Made by a program: the position numbers and the translations under genes | NCBI GenBank assembly: GCA_009859145.1 | Contig: VRVR01000037.1 | Coordinates: 76,892-140,891 of the forward strand | DNA length: 64,000 bases | Reading direction: 5' to 3' | From: Andalucia godoyi And28 | Taxonomy: Eukaryota; Protista; Jakobida | Notes under the pieces: generated by a model | What the model was told of the DNA's origin: nothing | The model's input: only the letters and a program-made list of their open reading frames with translations | Databases searched by the model: none | Shown here: piece by piece, positions 22,463-32,800 of the stretch | Position numbering within the stretch: position 1 is the stretch's first letter | Layout of the letters: each line of letters begins with the position of its first letter

Positions 22463-23218
22463 ATGTTTAAGAACACTTTTCAATCAGGGTTTCTTTCGAT
22501 TCTGTACAGCATTGGGTATGCTTTTCTTCTTCTTCTTCTTCTTCTTCTTCCTCCCCTTCCTCCTCCTCGCTGTCTTTTTTCTTCTTCTTTTTTCCTGTTT
22601 CCTGTTTCTTGTTTCTTGTTTCTTGTTTCTTGTTTTTTGTTTTTGTGCTGCGGAGTCTTGATGGCTTACTTGTGTTTGTTTTTGGTTAATTCGAATAGGA
22701 GCAAACCACTTCAAATCTGGGATAAAAAGGTGCGAAATGGGCACATTAAGCGAATTACAGATCCGGACATTCAGTCGTCGGTGATTGAGATTGCGGGTAC
22801 GAATGTGTCGACAAACTACGTGACATGTCCTGCGGATCCGAAGCAGACGTTGGGGATTAAGCTACCTTTTCTTGTTATGATCATCAAGAATTTGAAAAAG
22901 TACTTCACGTTTGAGGTGCAGGTCCTCGACGACAAGAACGTCCGCCGCAGATTCCGAGCTTCCAACTATCAGTCAACGACTCGTGTGAAGCCGTTTATCT
23001 GTACGATGCCGATGAGACTGGACGAAGGGTGGAACCAGATCCAGTTCAATCTTTCGGACTTCACACGCAGAGCGTATGGAACAAACTACATTGAGACTCT
23101 GAGAGTCCAGATCCATGCAAACTGCCGCATCCGAAGAATCTACTTTTCAGACCGTCTCTATTCGGAAGAGGAATTGCCCCCAGAGTTTAAGCTTTTCTTG
23201 CCCATCCAGAAACAGTAA
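22463..23218 (+). CDS. CFAP20: Cilia- and flagella-associated protein 20 (BUG22), 2 exons (22463-22515, 22699-23218), 190 aa
   Basis: [18 protein letters not shown] joins [21 protein letters not shown] after removing the GTATGC...TAG intron 22516-22698 (183 nt). The rest is near-identical to the canonical family sequence ([42 protein letters not shown]). Confidence 0.97.
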   Translation: MFKNTFQSGFLSILYSIGYAFLLLLLLLLPPLPPPRCLFSSSFFLFPVSCFLFLVSCFLFLCCGVLMAYLCLFLVNSNRSKPLQIWDKKVRNGHIKRITDPDIQSSVIEIAGTNVSTNYVTCPADPKQTLGIKLPFLVMIIKNLKKYFTFEVQVLDDKNVRRRFRASNYQSTTRVKPFICTMPMRLDEGWNQIQFNLSDFTRRAYGTNYIETLRVQIHANCRIRRIYFSDRLYSEEELPPEFKLFLPIQKQ

Positions 23219-23428
23219 GTGGTATAATCATTATTGCAAATTCTGCGTTTCTTCCTTTTTTTTCCCCCTCTTCCTTGCTTGCTTCATGCAGCTATCCATT
23301 CCCTTTCCTTTCTCTGCTGCTCCACCTCCCATCACCGGTTTTGTTGTTATATCATTACATTCAGAATACCTCCCTTCTCTTTTGTTTTCCCCCGCCCCAC
23401 CCCCCCCCTTTTGCATTCTTATTGTCCA

Positions 23429-23459
<31 letters not shown>

Positions 23460-23730
23460 GTCTGTCTGTCTGTCTGTCTGTGTTTTGTTGTCTATGCGGC
23501 TGTTGCGCTGCGCTGTTTCATAAACCGAGTAAAAACGTACCCTTGCGATATCGATTGTTTTATGTTTTAATGATTTCATGTTTTTAATTATCAAAAAGAG
23601 AGGAGTCTATGCTTCAACCAAAAAATGGATTTAAAATGATATATATATATATATAAGACGACTGAGAATGGCCCAAAAATAAATACAGCGCACGGTACGC
23701 ACAACAGCAACGGAAGCGTCTCGGATCTCC

Positions 23731-25134
23731 TTATATGATGAGCCGTTCCCATTCGGGGTGATGAACCACGGCTGGAGCTGACCCCGCATTGAGTTTTTCG
23801 GCAGCCAAGCGCTTGTAGGACCCCTTGAAGAACATGACGAGCACGGAAGCAACCACCAGCAAAGCCACCATCAGCCACAGCGATCCCACGGGGCTTCCAT
23901 CCTCTTGATCTTGCATGACAGATGCAATTGCGAGCAGTACGGCGCCAACGATCTGGCCGGCAATCGAAAGCAGTCCGCAGGGAATGCCCTCACCAACAGG
24001 ATATACAACCTCGACGGATGCTTCCATGGTGACCGGCAGCAAACACATTCCTGCTGCGCCGATAATCACCATGAGTGCAATCAAAAGTGGGAATCCGTCG
24101 GTCGCGTGCGTAAACATCTTTCCGAGATTCGGCAGAAATGCTGAAAATGCCGCAAAAGCGATCAAAACGGTCAGAAACCCGGTCTTGATGATGGTTGCAT
24201 AGCACCTGTACTTGTCCACAAGGGGGCCCACAGCACCCGCACACGCGATTCCAGAGACAATCAGCGATGCACCAAGAATCCCTGTCTGGTCTTCGGAAAA
24301 CCCATACGGCGAAACCCACTGATCGAGAAGCGAGGTGACCGCGTTGAAGACTCCCAGTGCAGTCCCAAAGGAACAAAGCAAAATCAAAAACGGCTTGTTT
24401 GTCAAGACTGCTTTCACCTGGCCAGAGAACTCTTGCTTGATTGCCGCAAGCGACGCGGCGTGAAGCCCTTGTTCACCTTCGTTCTCGCGCACTCTCCACA
24501 AGAACGCCACTGCAAGCCCAAGCAACACACAAAACACTGCTTGTGCAAACAGAAACACCCCCACATCCGACTCTGATGTCACGACGCTCGATGTGATTCC
24601 GAACGCAAAAGCCACTCCTAGGACATTCGAGAGCGCCCCGATTGTCGTCGCCAGCGTTCGTTCGGACGGCAAAAACCAATCCCCTGCAAGCTTGGAGGGA
24701 GAAGGCAGGATAAACGCCTGTGCCGCAGCACACAGAGTCTGTCCGCAAAGCACCACATAAAACGACGTTTCCGAGTCATAGTACGTAGCGGTTCCTACAG
24801 CGGTTGTGGAGCTACCGGAAGGTCCGTGAACGATCGCACGCAGCGTCCCCACGTACCGGATCACCGCACCAAGCACCTGCAGGATCGTCGCAATGTACAC
24901 TGCCTTTCGCAATCCATGGGAACGTGTATCCAGCACCCATGACGCAACAGGCGTAAACGGAACCGCCACCACCATAAACACAATCGACAGCAGATTCAGC
25001 TGCCACGATTGAATCGAAAAGTAACTGCATGACGTCTCCGATACGACAGACAGACATATCCATATAAACGCATTGGCAAATGATGTCAAAGAAAACAACA
25101 ACAGGTGAATCCACTTCTGCACTGCCGACCGCAT
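23731..25134 (-). CDS. Major facilitator superfamily transporter, FLVCR/SLC49-like
   Basis: About 12 hydrophobic segments. The first TM WIHLLLFSLTSFANAFIWI, GQTLCAAAQAFILPSPSKLAGDWF..ERTLATTIG and EASVEVVYPVGEG match FLVCR-type motifs. Start uncertain (ATG 25134 or 25251). Confidence 0.85.
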   Translation of the reverse strand: MRSAVQKWIHLLLFSLTSFANAFIWICLSVVSETSCSYFSIQSWQLNLLSIVFMVVAVPFTPVASWVLDTRSHGLRKAVYIATILQVLGAVIRYVGTLRAIVHGPSGSSTTAVGTATYYDSETSFYVVLCGQTLCAAAQAFILPSPSKLAGDWFLPSERTLATTIGALSNVLGVAFAFGITSSVVTSESDVGVFLFAQAVFCVLLGLAVAFLWRVRENEGEQGLHAASLAAIKQEFSGQVKAVLTNKPFLILLCSFGTALGVFNAVTSLLDQWVSPYGFSEDQTGILGASLIVSGIACAGAVGPLVDKYRCYATIIKTGFLTVLIAFAAFSAFLPNLGKMFTHATDGFPLLIALMVIIGAAGMCLLPVTMEASVEVVYPVGEGIPCGLLSIAGQIVGAVLLAIASVMQDQEDGSPVGSLWLMVALLVVASVLVMFFKGSYKRLAAEKLNAGSAPAVVHHPEWERLII

Positions 25135-25168
25135 CGTGTTCTTTTCTTCCCCCTCGTCTTCCAAAGAA

Positions 25169-25216
25169 GCAAAAGAAAGCCAGCAAAAGAAAGCCAGCAA
25201 AAGAAAGCCAGCAAAA
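25169..25216. repeat. Tandem repeat, 14-bp unit GCAAAAGAAAGCCA x3.4, between the divergent MFS and DHFR-TS genes
   Basis: Perfect copies at 25169, 25183 and 25197, plus a partial copy at 25211-25216. Confidence 0.9.
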
Positions 25217-25434
25217 AACCTGGATCTGAAATGATTGAATATGCGCGACATTTGACGACTCACAAACGTCGTCGGGGAATTGCATTAAGGAGCGGGGAAT
25301 TTCAAACGAGGCTTTTCCTTGCACCAATTCAGAATTTCAAAGTTGGGTTTCGTACTGAAGACGAGAGTCCACCGAGTAGAGAGACTAGAGAGTACTGGAC
25401 GGCGTTACTATCCTTTTGTTGCGATTATTTATTT

Positions 25435-27207
25435 ATGACTGGTGCTACGTGGGAAATGGCGGGGTATGTGAGTGCGATTGTGGCGTGCACTCCGGATGGT
25501 GGAATTGGGTTCCAGAACAAGCTTCCGTTTGCAATTCCTGCAGACTTGTCCCATTTTCGGAAGCTAACCAGTACGCTCCACGACGTCGAGCCCGTGCGAT
25601 ACTGCCGTTGCAGTTGCGGTACGGCTGGCGATGGTACGATTGGGGGCTCGCCTGCAATGCAGCGTGGGTTTCCAAACGTGCTCATCATGGGTCGAAAGAC
25701 GTTCCAGTCCATCAATCGAGTGCTGCCAAACAGAATATCGATCGTCGTGTCCGCCAATCCCGAGGAAGCCGCGAAAATTGCGAGTGCGTTTGCAGAATGT
25801 CGCATTCTTCATAAGGTGGAGGTTTCAACAGCAAGCGACACCGACATCTTGGACCTTGGCGGCGAGTTTGACTATGCGAACAGAAATGAAGCGACTGGAA
25901 AGCATTGCCTGTTTGTTGCTCCGAGCCCGATCGCAGCTCTTCAGCTTGCAAAGTCGTTCGGAAACACTCAAGATAAGGGACCTGTGGTGGGAGTGGGGAC
26001 GGAAGTTGGGAAGGACAAGGAGTGCTCGCCTCCAAAGTACAGAATCTGGATCTGTGGCGGTGCGTCCATCTACGAATCGTTGCTGCCTTACTGTTCTCGA
26101 GTGTACCAGACGCTCGTTCTCTTGGCTCCTTCTATTTGTCCATGCGACGCCTTTCTGCATACGCGCTTTCCAAACGACGTTTTTGCAGAGTGTTCTCCGC
26201 TGCACCCGTCGTGCGCGGATTTCGGAAAGTGGCTTTTTCACGATGGCATTCCGTACCGATTTTACCTGTTTCAGCGAACTGCAGGGATGCAAGAACAGCA
26301 TCCAGAGAGCTTGCAGTATCTGTCCGTTGCGCGCCAGATTCTAGAACATGGTACGGTTCGAACGGATCGGACGGGTGTCGGGACAATCCAGATGTTTGGA
26401 ACTTCCGTGGAGTTCAATCTGTCGAAAGACGGGTTTCCGCTGCTGACCACGAAACGAGTGTATTGGAAAGGTGTCGTTCGAGAGCTCCTGTGGTTCATTT
26501 CCGGTTGCACCGATGCAAAGGTTCTAACGGCTCAGAACGTTCACATCTGGGACGGTAATGGATCCCGAGCGTTTTTGGACAAGCTAGGGCTGAAGCATCG
26601 ACGGGAAGGTGATTTGGGACCCGTCTACGGATTTCAGTGGCGACACTTTGGAGCAGCGTACACTTCATGCGACGATTCGTACAACGGGAAAAACAATCCG
26701 AGTCGGACGAATACCGAGAACGTGTACAAAGGAATAGATCAGCTTGGAGAAGCACTTGCAATGATGAGAAGCGATCCTAATTCACGAAGAAATCTCGTTT
26801 CGGCGTGGAACCCTGCGCAGCTGAAAGAAATGGCGCTTCCTCCTTGCCACGTCCTCTTTCAGTTTAATGTTGATGGCGAGTATGTGGATCTGCAGATGTA
26901 CCAACGATCTGCAGACTGGTTTCTCGGAGTCCCCTTCAACATTGCCTCGTATGCGCTTCTGCTGGTGTTCGCAGCACATCTGACGCAGAAGAAACCCCGG
27001 AAGCTGCGGCTGGTGTTTGGAGACTCGCACATTTACCGCAACCACGTTGACCAAGTTCGGGAGCAACTCTCACGAGATCCTAGAGCGTTTCCGACTGTTA
27101 CAATCAAGAATCGTGGACAGACTACTTGGGAAGACTTTCTTGAAAACGATGTCCTCCTCGAAGGATACTGTCCTCACCCACCAATCAAGGGCGAAATGGC
27201 TGTCTGA
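25435..27207 (+). CDS. DHFR-TS: Bifunctional dihydrofolate reductase-thymidylate synthase
   Basis: DHFR motifs: VSAIVACTPDGGIGFQNKLPF..DLSHFRKLT, LIMGRKTFQSI, LPNR, ICGGASIY. TS motifs: DRTGVGT, ELLWFISG, LGPVYGFQWRHFGA, MALPPCH, YQRSADWFLGVPFNIASY, GDSHIYRNH. Start ATG 25435 or 25456; the ORF-track extension to 25105 overlaps the MFS gene and is probably non-coding. Confidence 0.96.
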   Translation: MTGATWEMAGYVSAIVACTPDGGIGFQNKLPFAIPADLSHFRKLTSTLHDVEPVRYCRCSCGTAGDGTIGGSPAMQRGFPNVLIMGRKTFQSINRVLPNRISIVVSANPEEAAKIASAFAECRILHKVEVSTASDTDILDLGGEFDYANRNEATGKHCLFVAPSPIAALQLAKSFGNTQDKGPVVGVGTEVGKDKECSPPKYRIWICGGASIYESLLPYCSRVYQTLVLLAPSICPCDAFLHTRFPNDVFAECSPLHPSCADFGKWLFHDGIPYRFYLFQRTAGMQEQHPESLQYLSVARQILEHGTVRTDRTGVGTIQMFGTSVEFNLSKDGFPLLTTKRVYWKGVVRELLWFISGCTDAKVLTAQNVHIWDGNGSRAFLDKLGLKHRREGDLGPVYGFQWRHFGAAYTSCDDSYNGKNNPSRTNTENVYKGIDQLGEALAMMRSDPNSRRNLVSAWNPAQLKEMALPPCHVLFQFNVDGEYVDLQMYQRSADWFLGVPFNIASYALLLVFAAHLTQKKPRKLRLVFGDSHIYRNHVDQVREQLSRDPRAFPTVTIKNRGQTTWEDFLENDVLLEGYCPHPPIKGEMAV

Positions 27208-27593
27208 ACTTTCCATATTTTATTTTATTTTTAACAATTACTATTTGATATTCATTTTTTACTTGTAATCAATTATATATTTTTTAGTAATTAAGAAAGA
27301 GAAGTTTTCTGAATCTGTATTGTGGCTATCCTGTTTGTGTGCAGAATGAAGCGCGCACCGTTGTTCATGCCGTACTGCGTCTGATTTATGTCCCCCTGCC
27401 CCCGAGACTCGCAGTTCTCAACGCGCGCGCATACACAGCGCACCTTGCGTACGTCGGTCTGCTCACACCAGCTCCACCAGAGAATTCCCGGAGCACCTGT
27501 AGGAGGAACTGCAAACAAAAAAAAGAGAAAGGAGAGGTTCACAACAGATGAAGAGCGAGTAGGAGACGAAGAAGAAAGAAAGAAAGAAGTAGA

Positions 27594-28412
27594 ATGGAAA
27601 CAGATGCAGACCGATGCAGAAATGAGCTGTTGACAGTTCGTCAGAACGATATGCTTAGTCAGGCGGATGCCGAGGCGTTCGCACGGGGAATATATGGCAG
27701 TGTCGATGCATTCTCACTGTTTGGAATTCCGTGTTCCGAGTTCAGCAAGCATGGAATATCGGTTCCGGGACGCACACTGATTGAGAGCACGACAGATGTG
27801 CTCGCGAGTGCGTCTGCGCAGTACGTCTATTCCGTTTTTGGAAATGGGCAGCTCGGGACTGTTGCGGGAATTATCGACCCTTTTCTGGGGTCCGGAAATA
27901 TTCTCTTGCACTTAGTCCGTGAATTCTCCACAACGTTGGCACCCGGTACGCTTGCTCTTGGTATTGAACTCGACAAGAATGTTGCGGAATTCGCATCGTC
28001 CAGTTTTGTGAAGCTTGGGTTTTCCAATGTTGCGCGGATTGTACCTGGCGATTATCGACACGTTCTGAAGTCACATGTGGACGATCTTGCAAGGGCGACG
28101 GCAGCCCAAGCGAAAAAGGTCGAGAATCCAATCTGCATTGTCTTCCTTGCCCCGCCATGGGCAAGTGGGTTCTCCTTTGAGTGTGGACTGGATCTGCGAC
28201 GAACGGAGCCCTCGTCGTTCGACACGATTCGCATCTGCAATGAAATGTTTGCGAATACTGGTATAACCCCGTTCTATGTGCTGCAAATCCACGAACGCAT
28301 GAACGAGGAATCTGTGCTGGAGCTTGGACGGCGACACTCCATTCTCGGAAGACATGTCATGAACCTCAGTCCAGCAGGAACCAACGTCGGATGCCTTGTC
28401 GTCTCGAAGTAG
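27594..28412 (+). CDS. Class I SAM-dependent methyltransferase (DPFxGSGN / FLAPPW type; Tgs1-like fold, bacterial-like uncharacterised family)
   Basis: Motif I IIDPFLGSGN, acidic motif II GIELD, and the post-motif IV VFLAPPW. Intronless 272-aa ORF with an ATG start. Confidence 0.8.
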   Translation: METDADRCRNELLTVRQNDMLSQADAEAFARGIYGSVDAFSLFGIPCSEFSKHGISVPGRTLIESTTDVLASASAQYVYSVFGNGQLGTVAGIIDPFLGSGNILLHLVREFSTTLAPGTLALGIELDKNVAEFASSSFVKLGFSNVARIVPGDYRHVLKSHVDDLARATAAQAKKVENPICIVFLAPPWASGFSFECGLDLRRTEPSSFDTIRICNEMFANTGITPFYVLQIHERMNEESVLELGRRHSILGRHVMNLSPAGTNVGCLVVSK

Positions 28413-28608
28413 CAATATCTCGTCGTGAAATTTGCACGCTTTCATCTACTATTAAGGTTTATCATCTTCACTACTTTCATTTCGTGGTTGGTGTTGTTGC
28501 TGCTGTTGCTGCTGCTGCTGCTGCTGGGACTACTTCACTCATTCCGCTGCGCATTCTTGTACTTTGATACTTCGATTCATAAACATGAGCAGCAAACATC
28601 ACCGAGAT

Positions 28609-29110
28609 TTAAGAACTCGCCTTTTGCTGCTTCTTTGCAAAGAAATCGAGTTTGCGGACAAGATTGGCAACAGTATGCTGTCTCTGTCGAGCGTCCATCG
28701 ACGGGTTTCGTGCCACAAACGTCGAGAATTGCTGAAGAGGCCCAAACGACCAGTGGTCCTCCTTGACGTTTCCGAGAATTGCCGAGAAATCTGCAGATGC
28801 AGTCATATCCGACTGCGACAGTTGCCGCTCAAACGCAAACCGAAGCGCGTCTTCCGCCATGGGAATCGACTCTAAACGCACAATCTGCTTTGTAGAGGAC
28901 GCACCATTCATGTTAGACGAAGGCGACCGTCGTCGTGACAAGCGGATGTTGGCGGGGTTCGCCGGCGGCTGTTCCTTCGACACATACCCCTCGTTCCGAT
29001 TCTCTTTACTCGGAGACGGTGCTCTTCGATTATTTCTATTCGCGCGCGATCTTGGATTGCGGTCCGCCGGAGCCGGAGATGGAGGTGACGACGACGACGA
29101 CGACGACGAC

Positions 29111-29142
<32 letters not shown>

Positions 29143-29532
29143 CGAGTCGACTCGGTCTTCAGGGTTCGTGCGTTGTGGGAAGCGTCTCGTGCTATAGCGA
29201 GGGTTCGCGACCTCCGATCGGTTTTCGTCGGACGTGAATTTCCGAGGCGTAAAGTTTTCCGATTTTTGAAATTCGGAACCGCTGTTTGTGCGGTTTGCGC
29301 GCAACCATGTCGCCGCTGCGCCAGCACCTCGTCCTGCAGCCCCTCCGGCTGCTGACGGAGCAGTGTTCGTGAATTCGCGAGAAATCCGTCGGCCGCTCTC
29401 AACGCTAGGATTACTCGGGTTACTCGGGTTGGACGTCGAAAACGATCGTGAAAACCCAAACACCCTGGGGCGAACACACGGTTCAAAAAGCACCTGTGAC
29501 ACAAGCGTCCGAGTCCCAAATCGTGAAAACAT
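28609..29532 (-). CDS. Probable mitochondrially targeted protein of uncertain function (weak mitoribosomal mS31/mS46-like C-terminus)
   Basis: First ATG at 29532. Arg/Ser-rich, acid-poor presequence-like N-terminus (MFSRFGTRTLVSQVLF...SRSFSTS), poly-Ser linker, and a compact helical C-terminus (GPLQQFSTFVARNPSMDARQRQH). Confidence 0.6.
29087..29142. repeat. (GAC)n/(GAT)n trinucleotide microsatellite encoding poly-Ser on the minus strand
   Basis: Direct reading of gacgacgac...gatgatgat inside the 28609-29532 CDS. Confidence 0.85.
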
Positions 29533-29857
29533 GACAGACCTCAAAAGACAACAACGAGAATCAATTGCAGGAATGAAACCGCAATAGAGATGGAAATAGA
29601 GACAGAACCAAAAAGAGTTTTTTTAATATTTTGAAAATAATAATAATTATTATTATTATTATAATATGAATAAATAAATAAACGGAGCAAAGCAAGACTT
29701 AATAAATAGGTGGGAAAGCAGCAAAGCAGAATGGAAAAGACTCGGAAGGCGAATTGGTGCAGAAAACAAAAAAGCGCCCCAAAAGCCAAAACTGAAAGAC
29801 GAACTGGGGAAAAGCTGATTCTCTATTGTTGATTTGAATTTATTACAGCAGGAGAAC

Positions 29858-32800
29858 CTACGAGACTTGTTTGTTGGAGGATGCTTTTTTGTTTTGTGCA
29901 CTTGCGATGTGCGCCTTTCGAATGTTTTCGACGGCTTTTGCACAAGCTTCTTGGAGAGCTTCTTCGTCGACCTGAATGAGATCGACGAGCATGGAAACTG
30001 CATTCGCGTCTCGAAGCGCTCTTGCGTTGTCCTCGTCTTCGGAAAGCTGGCGCATTGCAAGTGCGGCATGGCGATGGACTCTGTGCATCTTGGAGACGAC
30101 TTCTTTCAAGAGGCCGTACGAAACCCAGGACTCGGGGACATGGGCCATGTCTGGAAGCGCAGAGTATGGGAATCGGAGAAACTCGACGAGCGGAATGACG
30201 GCATTCAGCGAGCCAAGTTGGCGACGATTCGACTCGGACGACGCTGCAACGGACACTGCAAATGACACGTTTTCAAGAAGCATTGCAAGGTCCTTCAGCT
30301 GTGCACTCATCCATCGATCGACATTTGGAACAGTCTGTGGATGTGTGGGTTGTTGCTGCTGAAGCTTTGCCTTTTCTTTTTCTTTTTCTTTTTCCTTTTC
30401 CTTTTGGGCATCCTTTTGGGCATCCTTTTGAGAGTCCTTTGAAGTGTCCTTGTCCTGAGAAATCTTGGCCGATTTGGACCCCTTGTTGGATTCAGAGTCG
30501 TCGTCATCGGCATCAATGGCTGCTGGCTGAATCTCGCCGAGGGAAAGCGCTTTCAGAAAAGGTGCAAAGGGAGGCCGTTTGGAAAAGGTCTCCTTGCATG
30601 CCATCGCCGCACACTGAACCATTACCGCAACTGCTTCCAAACACCCTTCCTCAACAAGAACCGACAAGTTTTCGACATTGCAGCACATTTGGCCAACTGC
30701 TGCACATGACGCTGCTTGGACGGCGACCCATTCGGACGACCAGTCCACGTCGCCTTCCCAAATCTGCTGCCATCGCTGGAACACCGGCGACGAGACTGCG
30801 TCCGAATTGAACCGATTCGACGACTGGCGCTGGAGCGAGTTGCCCAATCGGGCTTGAGTGAGCGGGGACGATCGAAGTACACGAGAGTTTGGAAGTTTTT
30901 CGTGCTGTCCTGAACTCTGGGACGAAATGTCCCACGAAGCCTCCGGGTTGCGCAGCAGACGAACAAGAACAGAAAGACCGTTCACAAAGGTTCGCCCAAT
31001 CGCTCCGGCAGCATCTGGAGTTCGTACGCAGCGTGCAACCGCAAACGCAGCTTGAGACCGCACTGCAAGATCTTCGTGGCGCAGCAAGGACCACAAAAGG
31101 CGCAATCCGTCTTCTTCATCAATCGTCTTTCGGTTTGTTTCATCCTCTGCAAGTTCTCCAATCGACTCGCAAACAGACGCCAAAAGCCCGCGGTTTGTGG
31201 AATGAAGAAGCCGAACAATTGTCGTGATACCGCCAGCGGAACGAATGGCTGTTCGAGCAGTGTCGTTCTTTGCACAGTTTGCGACGGCAATCGCAATATT
31301 GGACTGGACTGCTTCTCGTGGAGAGCCAAGCAGCGAAATGATCTGGCCCATGGCACCGCACTCAATCAGATCTGGAACAGCCTTGTGCCACTTTGACAAC
31401 TCTCGAATTGCAGACGTCGCAGCAACAAGACCAGCTTCGTACACTTCGTCTGGATCATCTTGACGCTTGTTCAGCAGCGACGCAATTGGCGGAATGCCCT
31501 TGTGAGAACGGACTATTTCGCGAGTGGTATCGTGGAATGCGCCATATGAAATACACGTCGAAATGTACGACTTGCACCGAGTCGAATTTGCAACACTGAC
31601 AATCATGTCCACAGCACGCGAAATGCCTCGGTGCTCAACAAAGATGGGGCGAACGTGGACGAGCTTGAGACATTCGGCCAAACAGCCGGCCGCATGCTCC
31701 ACCGCCTGCTCGCGATAAGTCTGGAACTGCACTGCAGCCGCATCGTCACCCTCCGGAACCTTGAGTCCCTTTTTCCACGCACCCTCAATCATGACAGGGA
31801 TGCCTTGTGCAACACGGATTGCCTCTCTGTTGTGATCAGAACGGCATGCAATTCGATGCAACGCAAAACACGCAGAGCGAATAATGCTCAGATTCAACAG
31901 CGCTACGTACGAAGAATTGCTTGCGTTCTTCCGGGACGGCGAAGAAACCCCGCCCGTTCCATCAGCTGCTTCGAGAAATACGGAACTCGGCGAAATGGGA
32001 ACCTGGATCAGTTGGACAAGCTTCTTGATGCCACCGGCGCGACGAATGCGACCAGCTGTGATTCCAAACGTTGCACAGTTTCCAAGAGTCTCGGCAGCAA
32101 AGGCACGGACTTCGGGAGGAGCCTTTGAATCGCTCGAGATCAAGCTCACAAGCGTTTCAATACCGTCCTGTTCAACAATTTCAAACTGCACAAGCGGATG
32201 CTTTGAGACTGCGCACAGTACTTCTGCACATCCTTGAGCAAGCTTCGGCTCGCCAGATCCAACAAGACCGAGCAATGGATCAATGCCGCCAACGTCCTTG
32301 AGCGCCTTTTGATAAGAACGCGCAGACAAATCGTACTCCCGCAGTGTTGACAGCGCAATGATTGTTGCGCTCATGTTTCCTCCCTTTAAGAACTTCACAA
32401 GCTTGTTGATTTGCGCAATGTCCGGGCAAACCTCGGCTGCTCGTGATGATTCCTCTCGATGGACTTGGGCAATCGACACCTCATCCTCGAACACTTCCTC
32501 CTTGCCTTCCAACATGTTCTTCTTGAGCTTCCTCGCCGACTTTGCGGGAGATCCGCCAGCATTCGGAGATCCTAAGGCCATCTTGTCCTCGTCTTCCTTC
32601 TTCTTTTTGTTTGAGCCGCTCGGAGACTTCATCGAGTCGCGCATGGAACGGAAGGAGCTGCCCGAGCTTCTGGGCGAGGAAGAAGCTGCAGGGCTGTACG
32701 GATCATCATCTCGGTCGCGCACTGCAGTAATTTGACGATTCGACGGACGCGATCCGCCTCCTTGAATAGGTACAAACTGCGATCCACTGCTGTTGTTGCT

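Noticed and set aside
25105-25434. 110-aa N-terminal extension of DHFR-TS overlapping the MFS gene
   Set aside because: Non-ATG start, antisense overlap and tandem-repeat content; DHFR similarity begins at VSAIVA.
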